From Actinomycetales bacterium (GTDB taxonomy: Bacteria > Actinomycetota > Actinomycetes > Nanopelagicales > Nanopelagicaceae): DNA of 24,000 bases. Positions within the stretch are counted from its first letter, which is position 1, and every line of letters starts with the position of its first letter. The DNA is taken from assembly GCA_018969355.1 (NCBI GenBank), contig JAGWYO010000006.1, positions 15,961-39,960 on the forward strand. The letters run 5' to 3'. The notes under the pieces are model-generated. The model saw only the letters and a list, made by a program, of their open reading frames with translations. It did not search any database and was not told where the DNA came from. Shown here piece after piece: positions 7,632 through 14,644 of this stretch. The position numbers and the translations under genes were made by a program.

Positions 7632-7686
7632 AACCTATGTGGAGGTGATGAATAGAGGCCCATGGTTAGGTGAACGGAAGGTTAAC
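7632..7686 (-). promoter_or_regulatory. Candidate Pho-regulated phoU promoter in the phoU/senX3 divergent region
   Basis: The minus strand reads GTTAACCTTCC GTTCACCTAAC CATGGGCCTCT ATTCATCACCT CCACA TAGGTT TAGCGCC ATG. Units start at 7686, 7675, 7664 and 7653 in 11-nt phase. The last heptamer is 9 nt from TAGGTT (7637->7632), which is 7 nt from ATG 7624. The geometry matches the pstS promoter. Confidence 0.55.
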
Positions 7687-7706
7687 TGGCGAATCGAGCC
7701 TATAGA

Positions 7707-8780
7707 GTGAGGCCTGTGAAGTTCTTGCGCCGAGAATTAGAGGCCCCAGAACCTAGAGCCTTGCCTGAAATGCTTCTTGAGACCCTCACTCTCCTCGATG
7801 AAGATTCAATGATTTTAGCCCCGGGAGAGATTCCATTATTTATCACCCCTGGTGTTGAAACTCTGGGGATTCTAAAAGATGGCCGTGTTCAAAGCTCTGA
7901 ATTACTTGCAACAGTTCGAGTGGTCCGGCGAACACATAATCAACAGGTGGGGATGATTGAAATTCCTAGAGGACCAATTGGAGAAGGCAAGCACGAGCTA
8001 ACTGTAAAGGTACTTCCACTAACAAAAGATGATTTAGTTTTAGTTCTTATTAGTGATGAGAGTGAAGCACAACGTGTTCATGATGTTCGCCGAGATTTCG
8101 TAGCAAATATTTCACATGAATTAAAAACTCCAATCGGTGCCCTCTCTCTTTTAAGCGAAGCAGTTCTTGGTTCAAAAGATGATCCAGAATCCGTAGTTAA
8201 ATTTGCCACCCGAATGCAATCTGAGGCAAAGCGATTAACAGATTTAGTCCAGGAAATTATTGATTTATCGCGTGTTCAAGATTCTGATCCATTACAACTT
8301 GCTCAGGAGGTCAGCGTTGACTATGTGGTTAGAGAGGCAGTCGATCAATGTCAAATCACAGCAGATAGTCGCACTATCACCGTGAGTTATCTTGAAAACA
8401 GCGATGCTGTTGTATTAGGCGATCGCGATCAATTGATTATGGCAGTTCATAATTTGGTTGAAAATGCCATCAACTATTCACCTGAAAATACAAAGGTTTC
8501 AATTACTACTACCAGTGAATCTGGCATCATAGATATCTCTGTTACAGACCAGGGAATTGGAATATCTGAATCTGAACAAGATCGTATATTTGAACGTTTC
8601 TATCGTGTGGATCCGGCACGTTCACGCCAAACAGGTGGAACTGGGTTAGGTCTATCAATTGTTAAGCACGTGGCAGCAAAGCATGGCGGTGAAGTAAAGG
8701 TATGGAGTGTCGAAAATGTGGGCAGTACTTTTTCAATCCGACTACCCATCTATGAATCACCTATGGAGAATGCTCAATGA
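7707..8780 (+). CDS. senX3: SenX3/PhoR-type sensor histidine kinase with no predicted transmembrane segment
   Basis: H-box RRDFVANISHELKTPIGAL, N-box HNLVENAINYSP, G-boxes DQGIGI and GGTGLGLSIV, and a PAS-like N-terminal region. The track start is GTG 7707. An alternative leaderless start is GTG 7716, which lies 7 nt after a TAGAGT box (7703-7708). The stop overlaps the regX3 start (ATGA, 8777-8780). Confidence 0.85.
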   Translation: MRPVKFLRRELEAPEPRALPEMLLETLTLLDEDSMILAPGEIPLFITPGVETLGILKDGRVQSSELLATVRVVRRTHNQQVGMIEIPRGPIGEGKHELTVKVLPLTKDDLVLVLISDESEAQRVHDVRRDFVANISHELKTPIGALSLLSEAVLGSKDDPESVVKFATRMQSEAKRLTDLVQEIIDLSRVQDSDPLQLAQEVSVDYVVREAVDQCQITADSRTITVSYLENSDAVVLGDRDQLIMAVHNLVENAINYSPENTKVSITTTSESGIIDISVTDQGIGISESEQDRIFERFYRVDPARSRQTGGTGLGLSIVKHVAAKHGGEVKVWSVENVGSTFSIRLPIYESPMENAQ

Positions 8781-9463
8781 CAAAGATACTTATAGTTGAA
8801 GATGAATCATCATTTTCTGAAGCTTTAGCTTTCTTGCTTGGAAAAGAGGGATTTGAAGTAAGTGTTGCAGAAGATGGCCGTGCCGCACTCAATCACTTTG
8901 CAAAAGAAGGCGCGGACTTGATTCTTCTTGACCTCATGATTCCAGAAGTATCGGGTGTAGATGTATGTCGCACCATTCGCACAACTTCACAAGTTCCAAT
9001 CATCATGCTCACTGCAAAAGATACAGAAATAGACAAGGTGGTTGGCCTTGAACTTGGCGCAGATGACTATGTCACTAAGCCGTATTCATCACGTGAGTTA
9101 ATAGCACGCATCAAGGCCGTCTTGCGTCGTGGGATACCAGACAGTGAACTGCACGGTGATCTTGATGTTGTCTCAGTCGGCCCAATTAAGTTGGACACAG
9201 CAAGACACCAAGCATCTATCAATGGTGCTCCGGTTGGATTACCGCTTAAGGAATTTGAATTATTGGAGTTTTTAATGCGAAATGCTGGCCGTGTTTTAAC
9301 TCGCTCTCAACTTATCGACCGAGTGTGGGGTGGAGATTATTTTGGGGACACAAAGACCCTCGATGTTCATATCAAGCGTTTGCGTTCAAAGATCGAAATA
9401 GATCCTGCTAACCCTGTGTTGATTCAAACCATAAGAGGTCTTGGTTACAAGTTAGAGAACTAA
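8777..9463 (+). CDS. regX3: OmpR/PhoB-family response regulator (RegX3/PhoP-like)
   Basis: 228 aa. The receiver domain begins MTKILIVEDESSFSEALAFLLGKEGFEV, very like mycobacterial RegX3, with the phospho-acceptor in LILLDLMIP. The C-terminal winged helix contains TLDVHIKRLRSKIE...IQTIRGLGYKL. Confidence 0.9.
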   Translation: MTKILIVEDESSFSEALAFLLGKEGFEVSVAEDGRAALNHFAKEGADLILLDLMIPEVSGVDVCRTIRTTSQVPIIMLTAKDTEIDKVVGLELGADDYVTKPYSSRELIARIKAVLRRGIPDSELHGDLDVVSVGPIKLDTARHQASINGAPVGLPLKEFELLEFLMRNAGRVLTRSQLIDRVWGGDYFGDTKTLDVHIKRLRSKIEIDPANPVLIQTIRGLGYKLEN

Positions 9464-9478
9464 TCCTCAAGTGCCAGC

Positions 9479-9502
9479 ACTCTCATATTCTTTTATGAGG
9501 GT
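9479..9502 (+). terminator. Weak candidate terminator or attenuator after regX3
   Basis: ACTCTCAT (9479-9486) pairs with ATGAGGGT (9495-9502): 8 bp including one G-U, with an 8-nt loop. An A/U-rich tail ATTTATAGATCTTATTA follows. The stem is short and AT-rich. Confidence 0.3.
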
Positions 9503-9544
9503 ATTTATAGATCTTATTACTGCCTCTAAACCTATTATGTAATC

Positions 9545-11080
9545 ATGACTTCTCTAGAAAACATTCGAAGCGTGGTGAATGAGCCCAAATTCACCTATCG
9601 GCAACGTATTGCACAATTAGCCAACTTGGCAGAAAACTTGCTTGATCCACCACCAGTACGTAAACAGTGCACCGAGGCTCATGAGAAGCGGATTATCTGC
9701 GACATGTTTGAGGGCAACGCTCCTTATCGCCCACGTTATTTGCTACCTGACTACAAAAAAGTTCTAGAAAACGGTTCGCGATTCCTAGAGCTACCCGTTG
9801 CTAAGGATTTTGATGACGCTCTGGCATTCCTATTAATAATGTATTCGGCAACACCATCTATTACCGGCTACCCCGTTTACTTTGGAGATCTAGATTCTAT
9901 CCTTCTTCCCTACGTTGATGGTGTGAGTGATGAAGATCTATATGCCAAATTAAAACGTTTTTGGATTTCACTCGATCGAATGTTTCCGGATGCCTTTGCA
10001 CATACAAATCTAAGTCCAATCTATAACCGAGTTTCAAAGATGATTTTGAAATTAGAGCGTGAATTACTGCAGGTGGTTCCTAACATTTCCTTAAAAGTTG
10101 ACCCAAAACTCACTAGCAATGAATATCTCCTCGATGCAGTGCAGACTGTCTTTGCTTGTGGTAAGCCACATTTCATCAATGATGAGATGATGCAAAGAGA
10201 TCTAGGTTCTGAGTATGCAGCTGTTAGTTGCTATAACTCGCTTAAGATTAGAGGCGGTTCTCATACTTTGGTGCGCATAAACTTGAAGAAAACTGCCCAA
10301 GAGTGTGATGGCGGAGTAAATAAATTCTTTGAAACAACACTTCCTTATTACCTTGGTCTGACTGCCGAACTCATGGAGTCAAGAATTCTTTATTTGGTTG
10401 AGGAATCTGGATTCTATGAGAGCAACTGGTTAGTAAATGAAGGCCTGCTTGATTTAGATAGGTTTTCTGCAATGTTCGGTCTATTTGGTTTGGCTGAGTG
10501 CGTCAATATCTTGATGGAACAAGAAGGTGTTTCGGGCACCTATGGTCACAGTATTGCCGCCGATGATTTGGGGTATCGCATCACTAGTTTTATCGCAGAT
10601 TGGGTTAGCCGAAGCAAAATGCCTTACTGCAATGGAAATGATGGCTACGCTTTCTTGCATTCTCAATCTGGAATTGACCTTGATCTTGACGTAACAGCTG
10701 GAACTCGAATTCCTATTGGCACAGAACCTCCACTCCTAGAACATCTACGCACAGTTTCTCGCCACCACCATCTCTTTGCCTCCGGCATTAGTGATGTTTT
10801 ATCTTTTGACGAAACTGCCGTAAAGAATCCACAGGCAGTTGTTGATGTGATTCGTGGGGCTTTTAAGAGTGGAATGCGTGATTTCACATTCAATTTGGAT
10901 AGCAACGACTTCATACGAATTACGGGCTATTTAGTTCGTAAATCTGATTTAGCAAAAATGCCATCTGCTCGTCATGCAAGCACATACCTGGGTGCAGGTT
11001 CCGTAGCAGATTCTCATGTTGATCGGCGCAATGTAAAGCGAGTAATGAGTGCTGAAAGCTCACCTAGCTCTGGTAGCTAG
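9545..11080 (+). CDS. yjjI: Short glycyl-radical enzyme, YjjI family (DUF3029-like); function unknown
   Basis: 511 aa. The C-terminal FIRITGYLV (R458-G461-Y462, nt 10916-10930) is a near match to the glycyl-radical signature R-[IVT]-[CSA]-G-Y. A candidate thiyl Cys lies in VFAC204GKPHF. The N-terminus (NEPKFTYRQR...ICDMFEGNAPYRPRYLLPDY) matches my recollection of E. coli YjjI. It is followed by an overlapping activase gene. A TATTAT box (9533-9538) is 6 nt before the ATG, with no SD. Confidence 0.7.
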   Translation: MTSLENIRSVVNEPKFTYRQRIAQLANLAENLLDPPPVRKQCTEAHEKRIICDMFEGNAPYRPRYLLPDYKKVLENGSRFLELPVAKDFDDALAFLLIMYSATPSITGYPVYFGDLDSILLPYVDGVSDEDLYAKLKRFWISLDRMFPDAFAHTNLSPIYNRVSKMILKLERELLQVVPNISLKVDPKLTSNEYLLDAVQTVFACGKPHFINDEMMQRDLGSEYAAVSCYNSLKIRGGSHTLVRINLKKTAQECDGGVNKFFETTLPYYLGLTAELMESRILYLVEESGFYESNWLVNEGLLDLDRFSAMFGLFGLAECVNILMEQEGVSGTYGHSIAADDLGYRITSFIADWVSRSKMPYCNGNDGYAFLHSQSGIDLDLDVTAGTRIPIGTEPPLLEHLRTVSRHHHLFASGISDVLSFDETAVKNPQAVVDVIRGAFKSGMRDFTFNLDSNDFIRITGYLVRKSDLAKMPSARHASTYLGAGSVADSHVDRRNVKRVMSAESSPSSGS

Positions 11081-11747
11081 CACGATTAAGTTTTCTTGGG
11101 TCGATGGCCCAGGAAATCGTTACGTACTATTCTTGCAGGGCTGCAACTTCAACTGTTTAGCCTGCCACAACCCGCAAACTATTCCTTTGAAAACTCCGCG
11201 TGCCAACGAGATGACTGTGCAAGAAGTTCTTGAGGAGATTCGTTGCTCAATGCCCTATATCTCAGGGATTACTGTTTCAGGTGGTGAAGCCACGGTGCAG
11301 CATGAATTTGTGCATGATCTCTTTAAGGAAATTAAATCGCGCAAAGAGTTTGAGGCTCTTACTACCTTCATTGATAGTAACGGAAATGCACCCCAAGAAG
11401 TGTGGGATCAATTAGCCCCATACACCGATGGCGTTATGCTTGATTTAAAAGCCCTCGATGATGCCAAGCACATCGAGCTCACCGGAAGTTCAAATGCAAT
11501 TGTCCTAGATTCAATTAAGTATTTAGATTTGATTGGAAAACTCTATGAAGTGAGATTGCTCTTAGTCCCAGGCCAGAATGACTCTGATAAAGAGTTAATT
11601 GATACGGCCGTGTTGTTGAGAGGGATTAATCCAGAGATGCGCATCAGGATAAACGCGTTTAAAACCCACGGCGTTCGAGCACAAGCTCGACAATGGCCAG
11701 AAGTAAATGATGCCGATCTGGCTCGCTACAGAAATATTGTCAATTAA
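11049..11747 (+). CDS. yjjW: Glycyl-radical enzyme activating protein (radical SAM, PflA/YjjW type)
   Basis: 232 aa containing VDGPGNRYVLFLQGCNFNCLACHNP (CX3CX2C cluster motif after VDGPG) and the GGE SAM motif (VSGGEATV). GTG 11049 overlaps the yjjI 3' end by 32 nt. No in-frame ATG, GTG or TTG lies between the yjjI stop and the VDGPG motif. Confidence 0.8.
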   Translation: MLKAHLALVASTIKFSWVDGPGNRYVLFLQGCNFNCLACHNPQTIPLKTPRANEMTVQEVLEEIRCSMPYISGITVSGGEATVQHEFVHDLFKEIKSRKEFEALTTFIDSNGNAPQEVWDQLAPYTDGVMLDLKALDDAKHIELTGSSNAIVLDSIKYLDLIGKLYEVRLLLVPGQNDSDKELIDTAVLLRGINPEMRIRINAFKTHGVRAQARQWPEVNDADLARYRNIVN

Positions 11748-13084
11748 AGCCGAGCAAAAGCATCATCAAGAACGCTTAAAGCATCTTTAAGGAGCTCATC
11801 TGTAATAACAAGCGGTGGCAGGAAGCGCACAACGTTTGAATATGTACCAGCAGTAAGAACCAACACGCCTTGACTCTGGCAGTACTTAACAACTGCGTTC
11901 ATAGCTGCTGTGTTTGGATTCTTAGTTCCTGGCTCTACTAATTCAATTGCCTGCATAGCACCGCGCCCACGCACTTCACCAATTACTGGATACTTCTTAG
12001 CAAGTGCGCGAAGCGATGATCCTAGAATCTCACCAATGTGCTTGGCACGGGCCACAAGGTTTTCTTCTTCCAAAACCTGTATTGCGCCAAGGGCTGCAGC
12101 ACATGCGATTGGGTTACCACCGTATGTTCCACCTAAACCTGATGCATGCACTGAATCCATTACTTCAGCGCGGCCAGTAACTGCTGCAAGTGGAAGTCCA
12201 CCAGCAATACCCTTAGCGGTAACAACCATGTCAGGAACAACGCCTTCTTCTTCAACGGCAAACATATGTCCTGTGCGAGCAAAGCCAGTCTGAACTTCAT
12301 CTGCAATAAAGACGATTCCATTGTCCTTTGAATATTTTGCCAGCGCTGGAAGGAATCCCTTAGGTGGAACGACAAACCCACCTTCTCCTTGAATTGGCTC
12401 AATCAAAATCGCAGCAACGTTATGTGCTCCGATTTCTTTATCAATTTTATGTGTGACCATGTCGATGGCATCTTCGGTAATCGTTTCTTGATTGCCCACC
12501 CAATGGAATGAATAAGGCATTGGTACGCGATAAATTTCAGGGGCAAATGGACCAAATCCCTCTTTGTATGGCATATTTTTTGCAGTCAGCGCCATAGTGA
12601 GATTTGTGCGTCCGTGATAACTGTGTTCAAAAACAACAATTGCTGGACGCTTGGTGTAGTGGCGGGCAATCTTTACGGCGTTTTCAACTGCTTCAGCACC
12701 TGAGTTAACAAGAAGTGACTTCTTTTTATGTGAACCAGGAGTCATTGCATTGAGCTTTTCGCACACTTCGATGTAGTTCATATAGGGAGCAACTGTGAAG
12801 CAGGTATGTGTAAAGGCCTGTACTTGTTCGATAACGCGATCGACAACGCGTTGGGCAGCATTGCCTACGTTTGTAACACCAATTCCTGAACCTAAATCAA
12901 TAATCTGATTGCCATCGATATCGAGCAAGATTGCATCACTTGCACGTTCAATTACAACTGGAATCGCCATGCCCAATCCGCCAGAAGTCGCTTCCGTGCG
13001 GCGCTTGAGCGCCTCGGTAGATTGTGGTCCCGGAATAGCCGTCACCAAACGACGTTCTTGAGTCAGATGAGTAAGTGTCTCCAT
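11744..13084 (-). CDS. gabT: Class III PLP aminotransferase, 4-aminobutyrate (omega-amino acid) aminotransferase type
   Basis: 446 aa. GabT-like throughout: AIPGPQS..., DGNQIIDLGSGIGVTNVGN, YHGRT, DEVQTGFARTG and the PLP-Lys region VTAKGIAGGLPL. A TAGACT box (13096->13091) is 6 nt before ATG 13084, with no SD. Confidence 0.85.
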   Translation of the reverse strand: METLTHLTQERRLVTAIPGPQSTEALKRRTEATSGGLGMAIPVVIERASDAILLDIDGNQIIDLGSGIGVTNVGNAAQRVVDRVIEQVQAFTHTCFTVAPYMNYIEVCEKLNAMTPGSHKKKSLLVNSGAEAVENAVKIARHYTKRPAIVVFEHSYHGRTNLTMALTAKNMPYKEGFGPFAPEIYRVPMPYSFHWVGNQETITEDAIDMVTHKIDKEIGAHNVAAILIEPIQGEGGFVVPPKGFLPALAKYSKDNGIVFIADEVQTGFARTGHMFAVEEEGVVPDMVVTAKGIAGGLPLAAVTGRAEVMDSVHASGLGGTYGGNPIACAAALGAIQVLEEENLVARAKHIGEILGSSLRALAKKYPVIGEVRGRGAMQAIELVEPGTKNPNTAAMNAVVKYCQSQGVLVLTAGTYSNVVRFLPPLVITDELLKDALSVLDDAFARL

Positions 13085-13141
13085 GGGAAAAGTCTAAGGC
13101 CTCATTTCTCATCGGGACGCCCAGAAGTTACCCTTAGTGCT

Positions 13142-14575
13142 ATGAGTTCACTGAGAGATTCGGCACCACTTCTGGATGCCTATCTCTCTTACTTTGAAAC
13201 TAGGCGCACCCCTTTCACCATCCCAGGTCACAAGCAGCGTGCATCACGCCTAGATGCAGCTTTAGGTGCTGTGGTCGATGCCGACACACCTTTATATGGT
13301 GGCTTAGATGAAATTAAATTAACTAACCAGACACTCAAGAAGGCAGAGGCTCTGGCAGCTAGATTATGGAAGGTTGACTTTGCTCGCTTTTCAACTGGTG
13401 GATCTACTCATGCCAATCAAGCAATGATTTTGGCTCTAGGAAAACCTGGAGACAAAGTTGCCCTCTCGCGCACAGCACACCGTTCAATTCTTAGCGCTCT
13501 TGTTTTAGCAGGCCTAGAACCCATCTGGTTATCACCGCAGATAGATGCAACAACTGGTGTGCCAACAGGAATCTCGGTTGCAGAGTTTGAAAAAGTAATT
13601 CATCAAAAACCAATTGCGCTGCTGCTCACTGAACCTGGTTATCTAGGCACTTTATCTGATTTAGGCGCACTCGTTAAGAGTGCACATTCACATTCAATTC
13701 CAGTCATTGTGGATGCTGCATGGGGTGGCCACTTTGGTTTCTCACCATTGACACCCCAGCATTGCTTGCAGTTGGGTGCTGATGCACTCATTACAAGTGT
13801 TCACAAAGCACTTCCTGGATATAGCGCCTCGGCTTTACTCCTTGCCCAAGGCAAGTTGCTTAACCTGGATCGCATTGAGCAAAGCTTTGAAACTACTCAT
13901 ACCACCTCCCCTGCCGGTGCACCGCTTGCATCTATTGATGGATGTCGGGCATTGCTGCAAACTCGAGGAGAAGAGTTAGTTTCTCAACTCGTAAAAAATG
14001 TTGAGAGCTTTAAAACAAAGGTTCAGACACATTTCGATGTGCCCATCTTTTTAAACACTCGTGATTTTGCCCCAGGCCGCTTTGATCCAGCCAAGATTGT
14101 TCTGCGAGCTAACCAATTAGGTGCATCCGGAGTTGAGATCGAGAAGAAGTTACAAACTCAAGGAATCCGGGTTGAGATGGCAGATAACGACACGGTCGTA
14201 ATCTTGGCGACTCTGGCAGATTTCACTGAGGAGTTTGATCACTTGGCCAAGGTTCTAGTTCCAATCCTTAACACACTGCAAGCAACAGCGCGCCCAACGG
14301 CAACATCGTTGAGCTGGTCGGTGGTGCCAACCGTTGCCATCTCAATGCGCGATGCTTACTTTGCCGATACCGAAATGGTTGCAGCCAAAGATTGTGTTGG
14401 GTGCATCTCAGCTGACTTAATCGCCCCTTATCCCCCAGGTGTTGCAGTGGTCGCACCTGGTGAAGTGTTAACTTCACAGATTCTTGATGGTCTGGCAACA
14501 ACTAAGGCAGCTGGTGTGCGCATCGCCTATGCCACAGATCCTTCTCTTACAACCTATCGAACCGTCAAGAATTAA
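13142..14575 (+). CDS. PLP-dependent Orn/Lys/Arg decarboxylase family protein (SpeA/YaaO-like)
   Basis: The track ORF starts at 13022 but would then overlap gabT on the opposite strand. I place the start at ATG 13142 (MSSLRDSAPLL...). FTIPGHKQ, STGGSTHANQ and the PLP-Lys ITSVHKALPG align with B. subtilis SpeA-type decarboxylases. A TACCCT box (13129-13134) is 7 nt before the ATG. Confidence 0.8.
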   Translation: MSSLRDSAPLLDAYLSYFETRRTPFTIPGHKQRASRLDAALGAVVDADTPLYGGLDEIKLTNQTLKKAEALAARLWKVDFARFSTGGSTHANQAMILALGKPGDKVALSRTAHRSILSALVLAGLEPIWLSPQIDATTGVPTGISVAEFEKVIHQKPIALLLTEPGYLGTLSDLGALVKSAHSHSIPVIVDAAWGGHFGFSPLTPQHCLQLGADALITSVHKALPGYSASALLLAQGKLLNLDRIEQSFETTHTTSPAGAPLASIDGCRALLQTRGEELVSQLVKNVESFKTKVQTHFDVPIFLNTRDFAPGRFDPAKIVLRANQLGASGVEIEKKLQTQGIRVEMADNDTVVILATLADFTEEFDHLAKVLVPILNTLQATARPTATSLSWSVVPTVAISMRDAYFADTEMVAAKDCVGCISADLIAPYPPGVAVVAPGEVLTSQILDGLATTKAAGVRIAYATDPSLTTYRTVKN

Positions 14576-14581
14576 GCCTGT

Positions 14582-14598
14582 GTTGCACTATGTGCAAC
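14582..14598. promoter_or_regulatory. Perfect 7-3-7 palindrome GTTGCAC-TAT-GTGCAAC, a candidate operator
   Basis: Read directly from the sequence. It lies 7 nt after the decarboxylase stop and 47 nt before the aldehyde dehydrogenase ATG. No U-tract follows. A near copy occurs at 18437-18452 across the iclR start codon. Confidence 0.5.
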
Positions 14599-14615
14599 GG
14601 GTATGGCCATGATTT

Positions 14616-14637
14616 GTTCACCTTGAGCCGATAACAT
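14616..14637 (+). promoter_or_regulatory. Candidate promoter of the aldehyde dehydrogenase-malate synthase pair: GTTCACC-N9-TAACAT
   Basis: GTTCACC (14616-14622), then 9 nt, then TAACAT (14632-14637), then 7 nt, then ATG 14645. The heptamer-to-box spacing is identical to the pstS and phoU promoters. No SD is present, so the transcript looks leaderless. Confidence 0.45.
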
Positions 14638-14644
14638 CAGCGAC

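Noticed and set aside
7625-7663. 13-codon N-terminal extension of phoU (track start 7663)
   Set aside because: It overlaps the phased GTTAACC/GTTCACC repeats and the TAGGTT box. The conserved PhoU N-terminus begins at ATG 7624.
7707-11080. Lower GC in senX3 and yjjI (hand counts about 32-42%), as a possible sign of a horizontally acquired island
   Set aside because: The counts come from a few lines only. The low-GC genes are interleaved with core genes. There are no flanking direct repeats, tRNA, integrase or transposase. Gene-to-gene variation is a simpler explanation.
13022-13141. N-terminal 40-codon extension of the decarboxylase ORF (track start 13022)
   Set aside because: It would overlap the 5' end of gabT on the opposite strand by 63 nt. 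It encodes a low-complexity, non-conserved-looking peptide. ATG 13142 is preceded by a TANNNT box at the standard distance and gives an N-terminus collinear with SpeA-type enzymes.
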